A DNA stretch of 64,000 bases from an uncultured Gemmatimonadales bacterium (GCA_963793305.1 CAWBZV010000002.1:448001-512000), one strand, 5' to 3'; shown: positions 1 to 10,573, counted from the first letter of the stretch. Made by a program: numbers and translations. Notes: generated by a model from the letters alone, not told the origin.

Positions 1-1197
1 TCCGACGCGCCCGACTTCGAGCGCTGGGTCACCTCGACGCGCTCTCGCCTGGCGCGAACATGGGGTTCGGTCGTCGACTCTTTGGCGACTGCGGCCGCCG
101 CCCTCCGGGATCGAGCGGCCGTCGTCCGCTGGCGTCAGCAACTGGCGAACGCCGACCCGCTGAATACGAACAACATCATCGCTCTCGTGGAAGCCCACGT
201 TGCCGCGGGCGACCGGGCGGCGGCGCTACGGGCCGTTGCCGCGCATGACTCTCTCGTCCGCACGGAGCTCGACAGTGAGCCGGATCAGGAGATCCAGCAG
301 TGGATCGCCCGCCTCAAAACCGCGCCGTCACCCGAGCCACAGACCGGCGAGTCGCGGCTCCGGGCCCGCGTAGAGCGCGTGACGAATGGCCGCTACGTGT
401 ATGATCGGGTTCTGGCGAAGGGTGCCGTCCTCACGACGCTGGCCGTCACGGACACGCGGGAGGGGGTCGCGGTCGCCCTCCACATCGTCAGCACCCAGGC
501 GATGGGCCACGCCGATCCCGCGCGCTTTGTCCAGACATTGCTGCGCGTGGGCGCGGTCGGCGACCCGCGCGTGCTCCCGGTGCTCGACGCGGCGGCCACC
601 GAGGAGATCGCCTACTACGTGACGCCGCCGTCGACAGGACCGACGTTGCGCGAACGCTTGGCGCGCGATCGGGAGGTCTCGATTCCCGACGCGATTCGCC
701 TGGCGCGCGACCTCGCCGCGACCCTCGCGGTCGCTCACCGGCACAACGTCCTGCATGGTGATTTGCGACCAAAGCATGTGGAACTCTTGACCAATGGCGT
801 GGTCGTCGGCGGCTGGGCACTGATCGACGCGTTGGCGTCGGTCGGCGAGCTCGGTGGCGCGTCGAGCGTGCCTGAGACTGCCGTCACGATCGCCGCGCCC
901 GCGTACGCGAGCCCCGAGCAGCTGGAGGGTGGTCGCTTGCCAGATGCGCGAAGCGACGTGTACAGCCTCGGGTGCGTGCTGTTCGAGGCACTGGCCGGCA
1001 CGCCACCGTTTGCGCCGACGGGGGGGCACGCTATTCTTGTGCGGAAGCTGACCGAGCCCGCGCCGTCCGTGCGCGACGCGCGAGCGAGCGTTCCCGAGGA
1101 TCTCGACGCCGTGCTGCGCACCTGCCTCGCCCGTTCGCCAGCCGATCGGTACGCATCGGGCGCGGCACTCGCGGACGCCCTAGCCACGCTCACGTGA
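1..1197 (+). CDS. BTAD (SARP-type activator) domain fused to a degenerate Ser/Thr kinase domain; 5'-truncated by the window edge
   Basis: Frame open from base 1 (SDAPDFERW...ADPLN...GDRAAAL, BTAD-like). Kinase C-lobe motifs YASPEQL and SDVYSLG are present; the catalytic loop reads HGDLRPKH. Confidence 0.75.
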   Translation, partial: SDAPDFERWVTSTRSRLARTWGSVVDSLATAAAALRDRAAVVRWRQQLANADPLNTNNIIALVEAHVAAGDRAAALRAVAAHDSLVRTELDSEPDQEIQQWIARLKTAPSPEPQTGESRLRARVERVTNGRYVYDRVLAKGAVLTTLAVTDTREGVAVALHIVSTQAMGHADPARFVQTLLRVGAVGDPRVLPVLDAAATEEIAYYVTPPSTGPTLRERLARDREVSIPDAIRLARDLAATLAVAHRHNVLHGDLRPKHVELLTNGVVVGGWALIDALASVGELGGASSVPETAVTIAAPAYASPEQLEGGRLPDARSDVYSLGCVLFEALAGTPPFAPTGGHAILVRKLTEPAPSVRDARASVPEDLDAVLRTCLARSPADRYASGAALADALATLT

Positions 1198-3653
1198 CCG
1201 GACTTCAGGAAGAGCTTCAAGCCTCGCTGGGATCGCAGTACACGCTCGAGCGCGAGCTCGGCGGCGGTGGAATGTCTCGCGTGTTCCTCGCCGTCGAGAA
1301 CACCCTCGGCCGCTGGGTCGTTGTGAAGGTCCTCGCGCCCGACATGATGATCGGCGTGAGCGTCGAACGGTTTCGGCGCGAGATCATGATGGTCGCGCGG
1401 CTCCAGCACCCGAATATCGTGCCGGTGATCGCGGCGGGCGAAGCGGCGGGGCTGCCGTACTTCACGATGCCGTTGGTCGAAGGCGAGTCGCTGCGCGCGC
1501 GCATCGTCCGCTCGGGTGAGCTGCCGGTCCCCGAGGTCGTGCGCATCTTGCGCGGCGTCGCCTCGGCCCTCGCCTACGCGCACGAGAACGGCGTCGTCCA
1601 CCGCGACATCAAGCCGGACAATATTCTGCTCGGCAAGCACCACGCGCTGGTCGCCGATTTCGGCGTCGCCAAGGCACTGTCGGCGTCAGCCACGCAAGCG
1701 CAGGGTCCCCTGACGTCCGTGGGCGTCGCGCTCGGCACACCCACGTACATGGCGCCGGAGCAGGCGCTGGCCGACCCGAATGTCGACGGCCGGGCCGATC
1801 TCTACGCGCTTGGCGTGGTGGCGTACGAGATGCTGACCGGGTACCCGCCGTTCACCGGCGCTTCACCGCAAGCCATTCTTGGCGCGTCCCGAACGGAACC
1901 GGCGGCGCCGGTCACCACGCGGCGGCCGGCGACGCCTCCGGCGCTCGCGGCGCTGGTCATGCGATTGTTGGAGAAGCGGCCCGCCGACCGGCCGCAGTCG
2001 GCTGATGACGTCATCACCGCACTCGAGTCGCTGGCCACGCCATCGGGAGTCACTGTCCCGGCGGCCGTCACGGTTCCGACGACCATGGAGAAACCCGGCC
2101 CCAGCCCGCGGCAGTGGCGCCTCATCGGCGGCGCGGCGGCGGCCGTCGCTGTGATTGCGCTCGGGGCAGCGGCGGTCATTCAGTTTGGACGTACACCGCC
2201 GCCCAAGCCGGCGGCCCCACCGCCGGCCCCGGCGCCGCGCCCGGTGCAGTCGGTGGCGGTGCTGCCGTTCACCAATGTCGGGCACGACACGGCGGCGGAG
2301 TATTTCGCCGAGGGCATGGCCGATGAGTTGACGACAGCGCTCGCGCACGTCCCGGGTCTCCGGGTGGCGGCTCGCAGCACCGCGTTCACGTACAAGGGCA
2401 CGACCCTCGGTGCGCAGGACATCGGGCAACGGTTGCGCGTGAGCGATGTCCTGGAGGGCAGCGTGCTCCGCGTGGGCGGCCGCTTCCGCCTCACCGCTCA
2501 ACTGGTCAGCACGTCCGACGGGCTCGCCGTGTGGAGCGATTCGTATGAGCGTCACGCCGCGGATGTGTTTCAAGTGCAGGATGAATTGGCGCGCAATATC
2601 GCGGGTGCGCTGAACGCGACGCTCACGGCTGCCGACACGGGAGCCAACGCGACCAGCCTGGCGCCGCGTGGAACAACGAACCTCGCCGCCTACGATCTCT
2701 TTCTCCAAGGACGCTACTTCTTCTCGAGTGGCGATCCGGCATCGCTCCGCCGTGCGGCTGGCTTGTTCCAGCAGGCGATCGCCAAAGACCCATCATTCGC
2801 GCGCGCGCACGCCGAGCTGGCGATGAGTTACGTGCTGTTGTCGCGCTACGGTGGCGCGCGCGCCGATTCCGACATCGCGCGCGGGGAACGCAGCGCGATG
2901 CGAGCGCTGTCGTTCGATCCCGAAAACGCCGAAGCGCACTTGGCGTTGGGCGATGTCCGCATTCACCAGTGGCGGTGGGCCGAAGCGGAACGCGAGTTGG
3001 ATCACAGCCTGGAGCTGGATCCCCAGAACCCGCTCGTGCATCTCTGGCACGCCGACCTCTTTCTTGGCCTCGGGCAGGTCGACCAAGCCGTCGATCACGC
3101 GAAGATGGCCTACGACCTCGACCCGCTGACGCCGCTCGGGAATCAGACGCTCGGTACGGCATTGGTCGACGCCCACCGCTTCGATGAGGCGGCGACGGCG
3201 GCGCGTCACGGGCTCGGGTTGGACTCGACGCTCGCCGGGCTGCATACCGCGCTCATGGAGGCGGAGTTGTTCGGCGGCCACCGGGACAGCGCGGTGGCCG
3301 CGGCAAACCGCGCGCTCCGTCTGGCGCGAGGCGCTCCCGGCGTTCGCAGCGTGGCCACCTGGGTGTATATGTCGGCCGGTCGCCAGAACGATGCGGACGG
3401 GCTCGTGGCCGAGATGCGCCGAGGGTTGGCGCGCGGCACGGTGCCCGCGCTCGACTACGCCGACGCCCAGCTCGCGCTCGGCAATACCGATTCCGCGCTC
3501 GTCTGGGTCGAGCGCAGTGTACGGCGGCACGACGCCGAGCCGGTGTGGAATGGCTTGGCGTGCGATCCGACCTATGATGGGCTCAAGCGGGACCCTCGCT
3601 TCGTCGCGATCATGCAACCCACGGGCATGCACGTCTGCCAGCCGACCAAGTAG
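1194..3653 (+). CDS. Ser/Thr protein kinase with TM helix, TolB-like N-terminal domain and TPRs
   Basis: GGGGMSRV, VVVK, HRDIKPDN, DFG, YMAPEQ; SVAVLPF...YFAEGMADEL...LRVAARS; GTG start overlaps the upstream TGA. Confidence 0.9.
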   Translation: MTGLQEELQASLGSQYTLERELGGGGMSRVFLAVENTLGRWVVVKVLAPDMMIGVSVERFRREIMMVARLQHPNIVPVIAAGEAAGLPYFTMPLVEGESLRARIVRSGELPVPEVVRILRGVASALAYAHENGVVHRDIKPDNILLGKHHALVADFGVAKALSASATQAQGPLTSVGVALGTPTYMAPEQALADPNVDGRADLYALGVVAYEMLTGYPPFTGASPQAILGASRTEPAAPVTTRRPATPPALAALVMRLLEKRPADRPQSADDVITALESLATPSGVTVPAAVTVPTTMEKPGPSPRQWRLIGGAAAAVAVIALGAAAVIQFGRTPPPKPAAPPPAPAPRPVQSVAVLPFTNVGHDTAAEYFAEGMADELTTALAHVPGLRVAARSTAFTYKGTTLGAQDIGQRLRVSDVLEGSVLRVGGRFRLTAQLVSTSDGLAVWSDSYERHAADVFQVQDELARNIAGALNATLTAADTGANATSLAPRGTTNLAAYDLFLQGRYFFSSGDPASLRRAAGLFQQAIAKDPSFARAHAELAMSYVLLSRYGGARADSDIARGERSAMRALSFDPENAEAHLALGDVRIHQWRWAEAERELDHSLELDPQNPLVHLWHADLFLGLGQVDQAVDHAKMAYDLDPLTPLGNQTLGTALVDAHRFDEAATAARHGLGLDSTLAGLHTALMEAELFGGHRDSAVAAANRALRLARGAPGVRSVATWVYMSAGRQNDADGLVAEMRRGLARGTVPALDYADAQLALGNTDSALVWVERSVRRHDAEPVWNGLACDPTYDGLKRDPRFVAIMQPTGMHVCQPTK

Positions 3654-3727
3654 TTGATTTTCTGGTGACCGGGCAGTGAGCCGGTCCGATATCCTCTCGT
3701 CCGTACCCCTAACGAGAGGAATTCAAA

Positions 3728-4789
3728 GTGTCGAAGATCTATTTGATGGGATTCGCGCTGCTAGCGTGCGCCTGCAGCGACAGCTCGACCATGACCGCAC
3801 CAAAACCCCAAGTGATCGACGTCTCCTTGTGGGTCGCCAACGGCAACAACGTGCTGGAGTTCGCTCCGGGCATTCTCAAGACCATGGGCATGTCGGGCAG
3901 CGCCCCGACCAAGGCCATCAATAGCGCCGCGTTTGTCGCGCCGCAGGGCGTGGTGTTCGACGCCGCGGGCGACCTGTGGGTGATCGATGGTGGCGCGTCC
4001 GGCGGCGGCGCTCCCGGTCTGTACGAGTTCAAACCCGCCACGCTCAAGGCGGCCAGCGCGACGGCGATGCTGACGCCCGACAATGCCATTCACTATAGCG
4101 GGTTCACGTTCATTCAGCAGGCCGTGTTCGACAAGCAGGGCAACCTGTGGGTGACCGACAACGGCGGCAACATGGTCGATGTCTTCACCAGCGCTCAGGT
4201 GCAGGCCGGTGGCATGAACGTCACGCCGGCCACGCAGATCTCATCGAACCCGGCTTTCACCGGCCCGCTCGGTATCGTCTTCGACGCGTCGGGCAACCTG
4301 TACATCGCGAACAACGCTTCGACCACGATCTTCGAGTACACCGCTGGCATGCTCCCGGCGGTTGGCGCTGGCTCCGTCACACTCGCTCCGGCGTACACGC
4401 TGTCCGACAACGGCCACGGCTCGATCCAGGGCCCATGGGCTTTGATCTTCGACGCCGAAGGCGACCTGTGGTCTTCGAACGCGAACGCGCCGAACACGGT
4501 CGTCGAGTTCGGAGTGTCGAGCCTCGGTCAGACCGGCAGCCCGACGCCGATGACGACGTTGAGCCCCGTGACGGTCGGTGGCGATCCCAGCCTCGATAGC
4601 CCGAACGGTATCGCGTTCGACAACCTCGGTGATCTCGCCGCGATCAATTCGCTCCAGGCATTCGGGATCCCCCTGTACGCCAAGACGCTGTTGTCGGCGG
4701 GTGGCGCGAAGGTTCCCACGCTCTTCACCGCGGGTGCGACTACCACGCTCAGTGCGCCCGCTGGCTGCAACTTCGGCCCGGTGTACTAA
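3728..4789 (+). CDS. NHL/beta-propeller repeat lipoprotein
   Basis: Lipobox-like LACAC; repeated PxGIxFDxxGNLW/Y motifs; RBS GAGGA upstream. Confidence 0.8.
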   Translation: MSKIYLMGFALLACACSDSSTMTAPKPQVIDVSLWVANGNNVLEFAPGILKTMGMSGSAPTKAINSAAFVAPQGVVFDAAGDLWVIDGGASGGGAPGLYEFKPATLKAASATAMLTPDNAIHYSGFTFIQQAVFDKQGNLWVTDNGGNMVDVFTSAQVQAGGMNVTPATQISSNPAFTGPLGIVFDASGNLYIANNASTTIFEYTAGMLPAVGAGSVTLAPAYTLSDNGHGSIQGPWALIFDAEGDLWSSNANAPNTVVEFGVSSLGQTGSPTPMTTLSPVTVGGDPSLDSPNGIAFDNLGDLAAINSLQAFGIPLYAKTLLSAGGAKVPTLFTAGATTTLSAPAGCNFGPVY

Positions 4790-4801
4790 CAAACCCGCTC
4801 T

Positions 4802-5164
4802 TCAGTAACGGCGCCGCCCGAGGACCACGATAATGGCGAGGATACCCAGGATCGCTGGTGCTGTGGCCTCGGGCGCGCGACCGAGCGTGATCATGGCGGA
4901 CACGGCGCCGCTCATGATGATCACGAGACCGCCGGCGGCGAGCGGAGTAAGCCCCGGCCGAATGCGCAGCAGCCCTGGCAGGATGAGGCCGATCGCGCCG
5001 GAGACTTCGCACACGCCAATAAATCGAACCAGCGCAACCGGCACCGAGCCCACGAGTGGAGCCAGCGTCGCCGTGGGAGTCAGAAGCTTCATCCCGCCAG
5101 CGAACAAGAAGGCGAGCGCTAACACGCCTTGGATTGTCCACAGGATCACGTTCGTGCGCCGCAT
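4802..5164 (-). CDS. DoxX family membrane protein
   Basis: LWTIQGVLALAFLFAGGMKL...FIGVCEVSGAIGLILP signature. Confidence 0.85.
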   Translation of the reverse strand: MRRTNVILWTIQGVLALAFLFAGGMKLLTPTATLAPLVGSVPVALVRFIGVCEVSGAIGLILPGLLRIRPGLTPLAAGGLVIIMSGAVSAMITLGRAPEATAPAILGILAIIVVLGRRRY

Positions 5165-5324
5165 TGTCGTCTCCGCGTAAGTGGGATCTACTCACGCGAC
5201 GAGCGACGCTCCTCGGAATCGACATGCCATTCGATACCAATGACCGGCAGAAGTGCGTCCTTCTGTGTCAGGCCATCGCGAGAAGGGGTCTCGACTGCGA
5301 ATCGGCACGCGCATACCGTAGGAA

Positions 5325-5792
5325 ATGCACACAACTACCGCTCCCAATCGCCCATTGCCCGCGATCCTCGTGGGTGGTCTCATCGCCGGCATTTTGGACA
5401 TGAGCTACGCCATGCTGGTCTACAGCCCCAAGGCGCCGCTCCTCGTGCCGCAGGCCATTGCGGCTGGAGCGCTCGGCGTCGGCAAGCAGCTCGGTGGCGC
5501 GACCGGTACCACGATCCTCGGCTTCGTCCTGCACTTCACCATTGCCCTCGGCGCCGCAACGGTTTTCTATCTGGCCAGTCGTCAGTGGGCATTTCTCACG
5601 CAACGACCGCTGATCTCCGGCATGATCTTCGGCGCGTGCGTCTATCTGTTCATGCATTTCGTGGTGATCCCGCTCTCGGCCCTGCCGCCCCGCCCCTTCA
5701 ACTGGTCACGCCAGATTCCGGAATTCATCTGGCACTGGTTCGGCATCGGCTTACCCATCGCATTCTCCGTACGCCGCTACGCGCCGCGCTGA
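5325..5792 (+). CDS. Hypothetical 4-TM membrane protein
   Basis: GGLIAGILD...QAIAAG...LHFTIA; four hydrophobic segments. Confidence 0.75.
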   Translation: MHTTTAPNRPLPAILVGGLIAGILDMSYAMLVYSPKAPLLVPQAIAAGALGVGKQLGGATGTTILGFVLHFTIALGAATVFYLASRQWAFLTQRPLISGMIFGACVYLFMHFVVIPLSALPPRPFNWSRQIPEFIWHWFGIGLPIAFSVRRYAPR

Positions 5793-5823
5793 CCGGCAAT
5801 CTCGTGGCGCACCCACGCGCATG

Positions 5824-6843
5824 TCAGCTCCAGCGCACGGTGATCAGACCATTGAGACCTGGCAGCGGGAGTGACATTGCCTCGGCCTCGGCTGCCTCAC
5901 GCTCAGAGGATGAGACGCGCCGCCACCGCTCGATCGACACATTGCCCCCGGCGCGGCGCCATACTCCGACGATCTCCCCATTCACGAGGAGCACCCCCGG
6001 CCACACGCGCAACGTCCAGAGCGCAGCCCGTCGCCTGGCGTCGGGCACGAGGAGCTCCCGGTCAGCCTCCCACAGGAGATAGTACGTATCGCCGCTCGGC
6101 AGAAGCCGCGCTGCCGCCGCGGGTCCCGGCCGTGCACGAAACTCGGCCTCGTCGTCAGCGAGGATCCACGCATCGCCGATAGGTGCGCGCACACCTATTA
6201 TCTCGTGGCCCAGCGCCTCAAACGCCGAGCGCGCGGCGGCTGGCCGAATTCCGGCCCAGCCATCGAAGGATGCAGCCGTCGCCGGACCAAAGACATGCAG
6301 GTACCGGCGCGCGAGCTCCAGTCGCGCGTGCCTCGGATCCACGTCGATCGCCGGCCCAGTCCAGACGACGGGCTGCCGCGCGCCCTCCCAGCGCAGAAGA
6401 ACCCTGCCCGTCGGTGCCGCGTACCGGAGGCTGTTGTGATGGACGCCCATCCCATGGCCAGCCTGCCCGAACGGCATCCGCCGTCCGTCGAGGAATGCGT
6501 GAAGTTGCTCAGCCGTCTCGTGCGCCCTCGCGCGTCCACGGGCATCCTCCGGCAGCCGCCCGAGCGAGAACACCGCGAGGTCCTGCGCGGCGACGACATA
6601 CGCGCTGAATCGCGGTCCCCACAGCTGCACCAGCGACCGGTGCTCCCACGTGGTCGGCCCCGCGCCCTCAACGCGCGCATGGATGGACAACAGCGCGGCG
6701 CGCGGCATTGAGTCCTGCAGTCCGCACCACGCCGCCCGGCGCAGCGATGCCGCTCCCATCGGCAAGCGCTCGTCGAGCGCACCGACCCGCCGGCGGAACC
6801 CCAGGATTTGCGCTCGGGAGAGCTTGAGCCGAGAATATGTCAT
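5824..6843 (-). CDS. AlkZ/YcaQ-like winged-helix (HTH_42) DNA glycosylase family protein
   Basis: GLQDS.PRAALLSIHARV, RRYLHVFGPAT..F..WAG, RLLPSGD.Y, GVLLVNGEIVGVW. Confidence 0.8.
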   Translation of the reverse strand: MTYSRLKLSRAQILGFRRRVGALDERLPMGAASLRRAAWCGLQDSMPRAALLSIHARVEGAGPTTWEHRSLVQLWGPRFSAYVVAAQDLAVFSLGRLPEDARGRARAHETAEQLHAFLDGRRMPFGQAGHGMGVHHNSLRYAAPTGRVLLRWEGARQPVVWTGPAIDVDPRHARLELARRYLHVFGPATAASFDGWAGIRPAAARSAFEALGHEIIGVRAPIGDAWILADDEAEFRARPGPAAAARLLPSGDTYYLLWEADRELLVPDARRRAALWTLRVWPGVLLVNGEIVGVWRRAGGNVSIERWRRVSSSEREAAEAEAMSLPLPGLNGLITVRWS

Positions 6844-6874
6844 GCAGAGCCTTTAGCGTGAGGAGGAAAGCACC

Positions 6875-7333
6875 ATGAAACCTGCCAAGAAGGCTGCGCA
6901 GAAGAAGTCCAAGGGATTCACGGACGAGGAACGGGCCGCTATGAAGGAGTACGTCCGAGAGCGGAATGCGGACGCGCGCCGCGGGCGACCGGCGGACAAG
7001 GCGGATGGGGAAAGCGCCGTGCTCGCCGCGATCGCCGCCCTACCGCCGTCGGATCGCGCTATGGGAGAGCGGCTCCATGCGATCATCAAAGGCAGTGCGC
7101 CAGAGCTCTCGCCGAAGACCTGGTACGGGATGCCCGCCTATGCGAACGATGGCAATGTCATCTGCTTCTTCCAAAGTGCGCAGAAGTTCAAGACGCGCTA
7201 CGCGACGCTCGGGTTCAGCGACAAGGCGCATCTCGATGAGGGCCATATGTGGCCGACCGCGTTCGCTCTCAAGCAGCTGACCCCCGCCGAAGAGGCAAAA
7301 ATCGTCGCGCTCGTGAGGAAGGCGGTGAGCTGA
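6875..7333 (+). CDS. DUF1801 (YdhG-like) domain protein
   Basis: [11 protein letters not shown]...[30 protein letters not shown]. Confidence 0.85.
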   Translation: MKPAKKAAQKKSKGFTDEERAAMKEYVRERNADARRGRPADKADGESAVLAAIAALPPSDRAMGERLHAIIKGSAPELSPKTWYGMPAYANDGNVICFFQSAQKFKTRYATLGFSDKAHLDEGHMWPTAFALKQLTPAEEAKIVALVRKAVS

Positions 7334-7337
7334 GCCT

Positions 7338-8180
7338 TTACGCGGTGCTGTCGAACGTGACAACCTGCTGCACGGAGTCGAGTCCCGGCCGCTGGGTCGT
7401 GCCGGGAATGGGCGCGACCGCGGTCCCGACCGCGAAGAACTCGATGGCATTCGCGCCCCAGCCCCAGTTGGACTCTTCCACCCGCGCGCCCACGACGCCG
7501 ACCCCGCCGCGTTGCACCGCTTCGGCCTGCATCCGTTCCAGCGCCAGCTCGCGCGCGGCGTACGTCGCCTCGGTGTAGATGGTCATCTCCTTGTTGCGCC
7601 CGATCTGCCTCAGCGCCTGCATGAAGCTCAGGTGCGCAATGTGATAGACGCACGCGCCCATCGAAAGGCTCACCGGACGATACCCGGCACGAATGAGCTT
7701 CCAGAGGTCCTGGCCGCTCAGGTCGGAGGTGAAGGGCCGATTGTCTTTCGTGCGCAGGCTCCCTTGGCGTTCGCGATGCCGGATGGCCGTGCCAATGGCC
7801 TGAAACTCGAGCACGCCTTCCTCCATCGCGTACTCCTTGAATACCAGGCGAACGCCGACCACGCCGTCGGCGCCGAGTAAGTCCGCCTCTTCCTCCATGC
7901 GGGTCATGGCGAGCTCGCGCGCCTCGTACATGGCCCCCGTGAGGATCGGCAGCTCCTGGCTCACGCTCCATTTCTGCCATTGGAAGCCGACGTGATAAAT
8001 GGACGATCCCAGGACGAGACCGAGCGCCTCGAACCCGGCCTGCTCGACGAGCAGAAACTCATCGACCGAGAGATCGCTCGTGAAGAACGCGGGTCGATCT
8101 CCCGTGCCGCGCATTGCGCGAAGTCGCTCGGCCGCCCCTTTGGGCAGATTAGCGGTGGAACCGGCCACATAGTCGGGCAT
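7338..8180 (-). CDS. YbjQ-like heavy-metal-binding domain protein (duplicated domain)
   Basis: Two copies of FTSDLS...G...Y/HI...YxARELA...GVVG...EF.A.GTA. Confidence 0.8.
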   Translation of the reverse strand: MPDYVAGSTANLPKGAAERLRAMRGTGDRPAFFTSDLSVDEFLLVEQAGFEALGLVLGSSIYHVGFQWQKWSVSQELPILTGAMYEARELAMTRMEEEADLLGADGVVGVRLVFKEYAMEEGVLEFQAIGTAIRHRERQGSLRTKDNRPFTSDLSGQDLWKLIRAGYRPVSLSMGACVYHIAHLSFMQALRQIGRNKEMTIYTEATYAARELALERMQAEAVQRGGVGVVGARVEESNWGWGANAIEFFAVGTAVAPIPGTTQRPGLDSVQQVVTFDSTA

Positions 8181-8192
8181 GTGTCCTCCTCG

Positions 8193-8585
8193 TTATGAGT
8201 TCCTGCCATCCAGCCACCTGCGGAGCGCGTCGCGGCCCTGCTCTGTGCGCTCGAGCTCGGCATCGAGCGCCAGCCCAAGCTCCGCGAGAAAGGCCTCGAT
8301 CTCCATCGGATCATTTCGGATCGCTACACCGCGGACCTGCTGGCGACGGTTGGCCTCGAACGCTCCGCCCGCTCCACGCCTCAGGACGTAGACGTAGCCA
8401 CCGACCGGTAAGTGGATGGCCATGACGCGCCGCCCCAACAAGGTACGCTCGACTCGTGTGCCGGGCACGACCTCGGCGAGCATCAAAACGAGATCATCCA
8501 GGAGCGCGGCGCGATCCTCACGACCCCGCTGCATGAGGATCGCGGCGAGGCTGGCAGACTCGAATGATGGGGTGTCGTCGGCCAT
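8193..8585 (-). CDS. Hypothetical protein, likely co-transcribed with the YbjQ-like gene
   Basis: 130-aa ORF ending 12 nt before the next start; RBS GAGGAGG lies in the gap. Confidence 0.7.
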   Translation of the reverse strand: MADDTPSFESASLAAILMQRGREDRAALLDDLVLMLAEVVPGTRVERTLLGRRVMAIHLPVGGYVYVLRRGAGGAFEANRRQQVRGVAIRNDPMEIEAFLAELGLALDAELERTEQGRDALRRWLDGRNS

Positions 8586-8671
8586 CGCCGAATAATACTG
8601 AGCGGTGGAGCGACCGGTAAGACAGCAAGCTTGGCCACGCGGGGTCGGTCAACTCGTGACATATTCGCGTC

Positions 8672-9490
8672 ATGCGAACGGCAACCCCGGAGAGCTACAA
8701 TGCGCGCATCGAGCGCGTGCTGTGCTTCATTGCCGATCACGTAAACGAGCCGCTGTCGCTCGAGCAATTGGCATCGGCTGCCTCGCTCTCGCCTTACCAT
8801 TTTCATCGCATCTGGCGGGCCATGATGGGCGAGCCGATCATCGAGACCGTGCGAAGACTGAAGATGGAACTGGCGGCCCACCGCCTCGCGACCACCGAGG
8901 CGCCCGTGACGCAGATCGCGTTGGCCAGCGGCTTCTCATCATCGCAAACCTTCGCCAGGGCATTTCGGAAGCAGTACGGAAAGACGCCGAGCGATGCGCG
9001 CGCTGATGGAGCCGGGCACCCGCGGCCGCTCCAATCCCGATCTGCGGCGTCTATCGAGATCGTGTCCCTCGAGCCGTTCGCCATCGTCGCCACGCGCCAC
9101 GTCGGCCCGTACGATACTCGGGATCTCAAGAAAGCGTTTCGCGTCGTGTTCGACTGGGCGGTTGCCAGGGACCTCCTGTCCCACGTGCGCGGGATCTACG
9201 GTGTGCCGCTCGATGACGAGCGATACGATGCGGGATTCGACTTTGGCCCGTGCACCAGTGTACCAGATCACTTGCGCATCGTCCGACTTGGCGGCTCCGA
9301 GGCCGCAAGGCTTCGCGTCCATGGATCATACGACGGACTGGACGCCGCGTATGACACGCTGTACGGGGTATGGCTGCCACAGTCCGGGCGCGAGCCAGGC
9401 GCCGGACCCCTATTCAATCACTATCACAATGATCCGGACACTACGCCCGAACCCGATCTCGTAACCGACGTATTCCTCCCCGTGGTATGA
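8672..9490 (+). CDS. AraC family regulator with GyrI-like effector domain
   Basis: LSLEQLA...LSPYHFHR, GFSSSQTFARAFR, HGSYDGL..AY..LYGVWLP. Confidence 0.9.
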   Translation: MRTATPESYNARIERVLCFIADHVNEPLSLEQLASAASLSPYHFHRIWRAMMGEPIIETVRRLKMELAAHRLATTEAPVTQIALASGFSSSQTFARAFRKQYGKTPSDARADGAGHPRPLQSRSAASIEIVSLEPFAIVATRHVGPYDTRDLKKAFRVVFDWAVARDLLSHVRGIYGVPLDDERYDAGFDFGPCTSVPDHLRIVRLGGSEAARLRVHGSYDGLDAAYDTLYGVWLPQSGREPGAGPLFNHYHNDPDTTPEPDLVTDVFLPVV

Positions 9491-9499
9491 TATTCGTAC

Positions 9500-10555
9500 G
9501 TGCGTTTCGCCCCTCTCAGTGCTCTGGCCCTGTCCGCGTGGCCCCTCGGGGCACAGGTCCTTCCGATTATCCCACCGCTGGCGACGCTCCCATCCGCGCG
9601 AGTGTCGGTCGATGCGGACCGCGGGGTCTTGCTGATCGAGCTGCCTCCGACTGACCTCCCCGCGTCGACTCCGCGCGACGAGTCGATGGTCAGTCTGCCC
9701 GCGTATCAGGTGCGCATCCCGCTCGATCTGGCCCTCGCTAGTGTGAAGGTCGATGTCCTCGATAGCGCAGGGCATGAGTTGCCGAGGACATTCTTGCATC
9801 ACCTCACGCTGACCGATCCCGGTCGGCGCGAGTTATTCCTGTCCACGCAGCTGCATATTCTGGCCGTCAGCAAGGAGACGCCGACCATCGCGATGCCGAC
9901 GTTCCTGCTCGGTATGCCCCTTCCGCGTGGGGAACGACTGCTGACGATCGGCATGCTGACCAACCCCACGCGCGCGGTGCATCACGGCGTGCGCATTCGG
10001 GCGACGCTCGGGTACCGGCGCCTCGGATTCTTTCCTCTCTTCCAAGCCTTTCCATGGGGCATGGACGCGATGTTCCCGCTCGGCCATCCCCCCGACGGAA
10101 CCAAAGGCTTCGATCTCGCGCCGGGGCGCACGGTCCGTTACTGGGACTCGAGCCCCGCGGTGCCCGGCTATCTCATCGGCATCGGCGGGCACATGCACGA
10201 CTATGGAGTCAGCCTCGAGTTGGCTGACATGACGACAGGGCAGGTGCTGTGGCACGGTACACCGGTGCGAGATTCCGCCGGACACGTGCTGTCGATGCCG
10301 ACGACGTGGTTTCACAGCTGGCACAGTGTCGGCATACACATCGAGCCCACTCATCGCTATAGAATCTCCGCCGCCTATGAGAATCCCACCGGCCATCTGT
10401 TACCGGACGGAGGGATGGGTGCGGTCGGCGGGCTCTTTGTTCCGGATCGCGGTACCCACTGGCCGGCGGTCGACAGCACGAACGCCGTCTATCGGCAGGA
10501 TCTCTACGACGTCGTCGTGTCGGTTGGGTCGGGCCAAGCGATGACCATGCCGTAG
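9500..10555 (+). CDS. Secreted hypothetical protein with PHM-like copper-ligand motifs
   Basis: Signal peptide; FLHHL, GGHMHD, GGMG. Confidence 0.65.
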   Translation: MRFAPLSALALSAWPLGAQVLPIIPPLATLPSARVSVDADRGVLLIELPPTDLPASTPRDESMVSLPAYQVRIPLDLALASVKVDVLDSAGHELPRTFLHHLTLTDPGRRELFLSTQLHILAVSKETPTIAMPTFLLGMPLPRGERLLTIGMLTNPTRAVHHGVRIRATLGYRRLGFFPLFQAFPWGMDAMFPLGHPPDGTKGFDLAPGRTVRYWDSSPAVPGYLIGIGGHMHDYGVSLELADMTTGQVLWHGTPVRDSAGHVLSMPTTWFHSWHSVGIHIEPTHRYRISAAYENPTGHLLPDGGMGAVGGLFVPDRGTHWPAVDSTNAVYRQDLYDVVVSVGSGQAMTMP

Positions 10556-10573
10556 CAGCAGGATCGCCCGACG

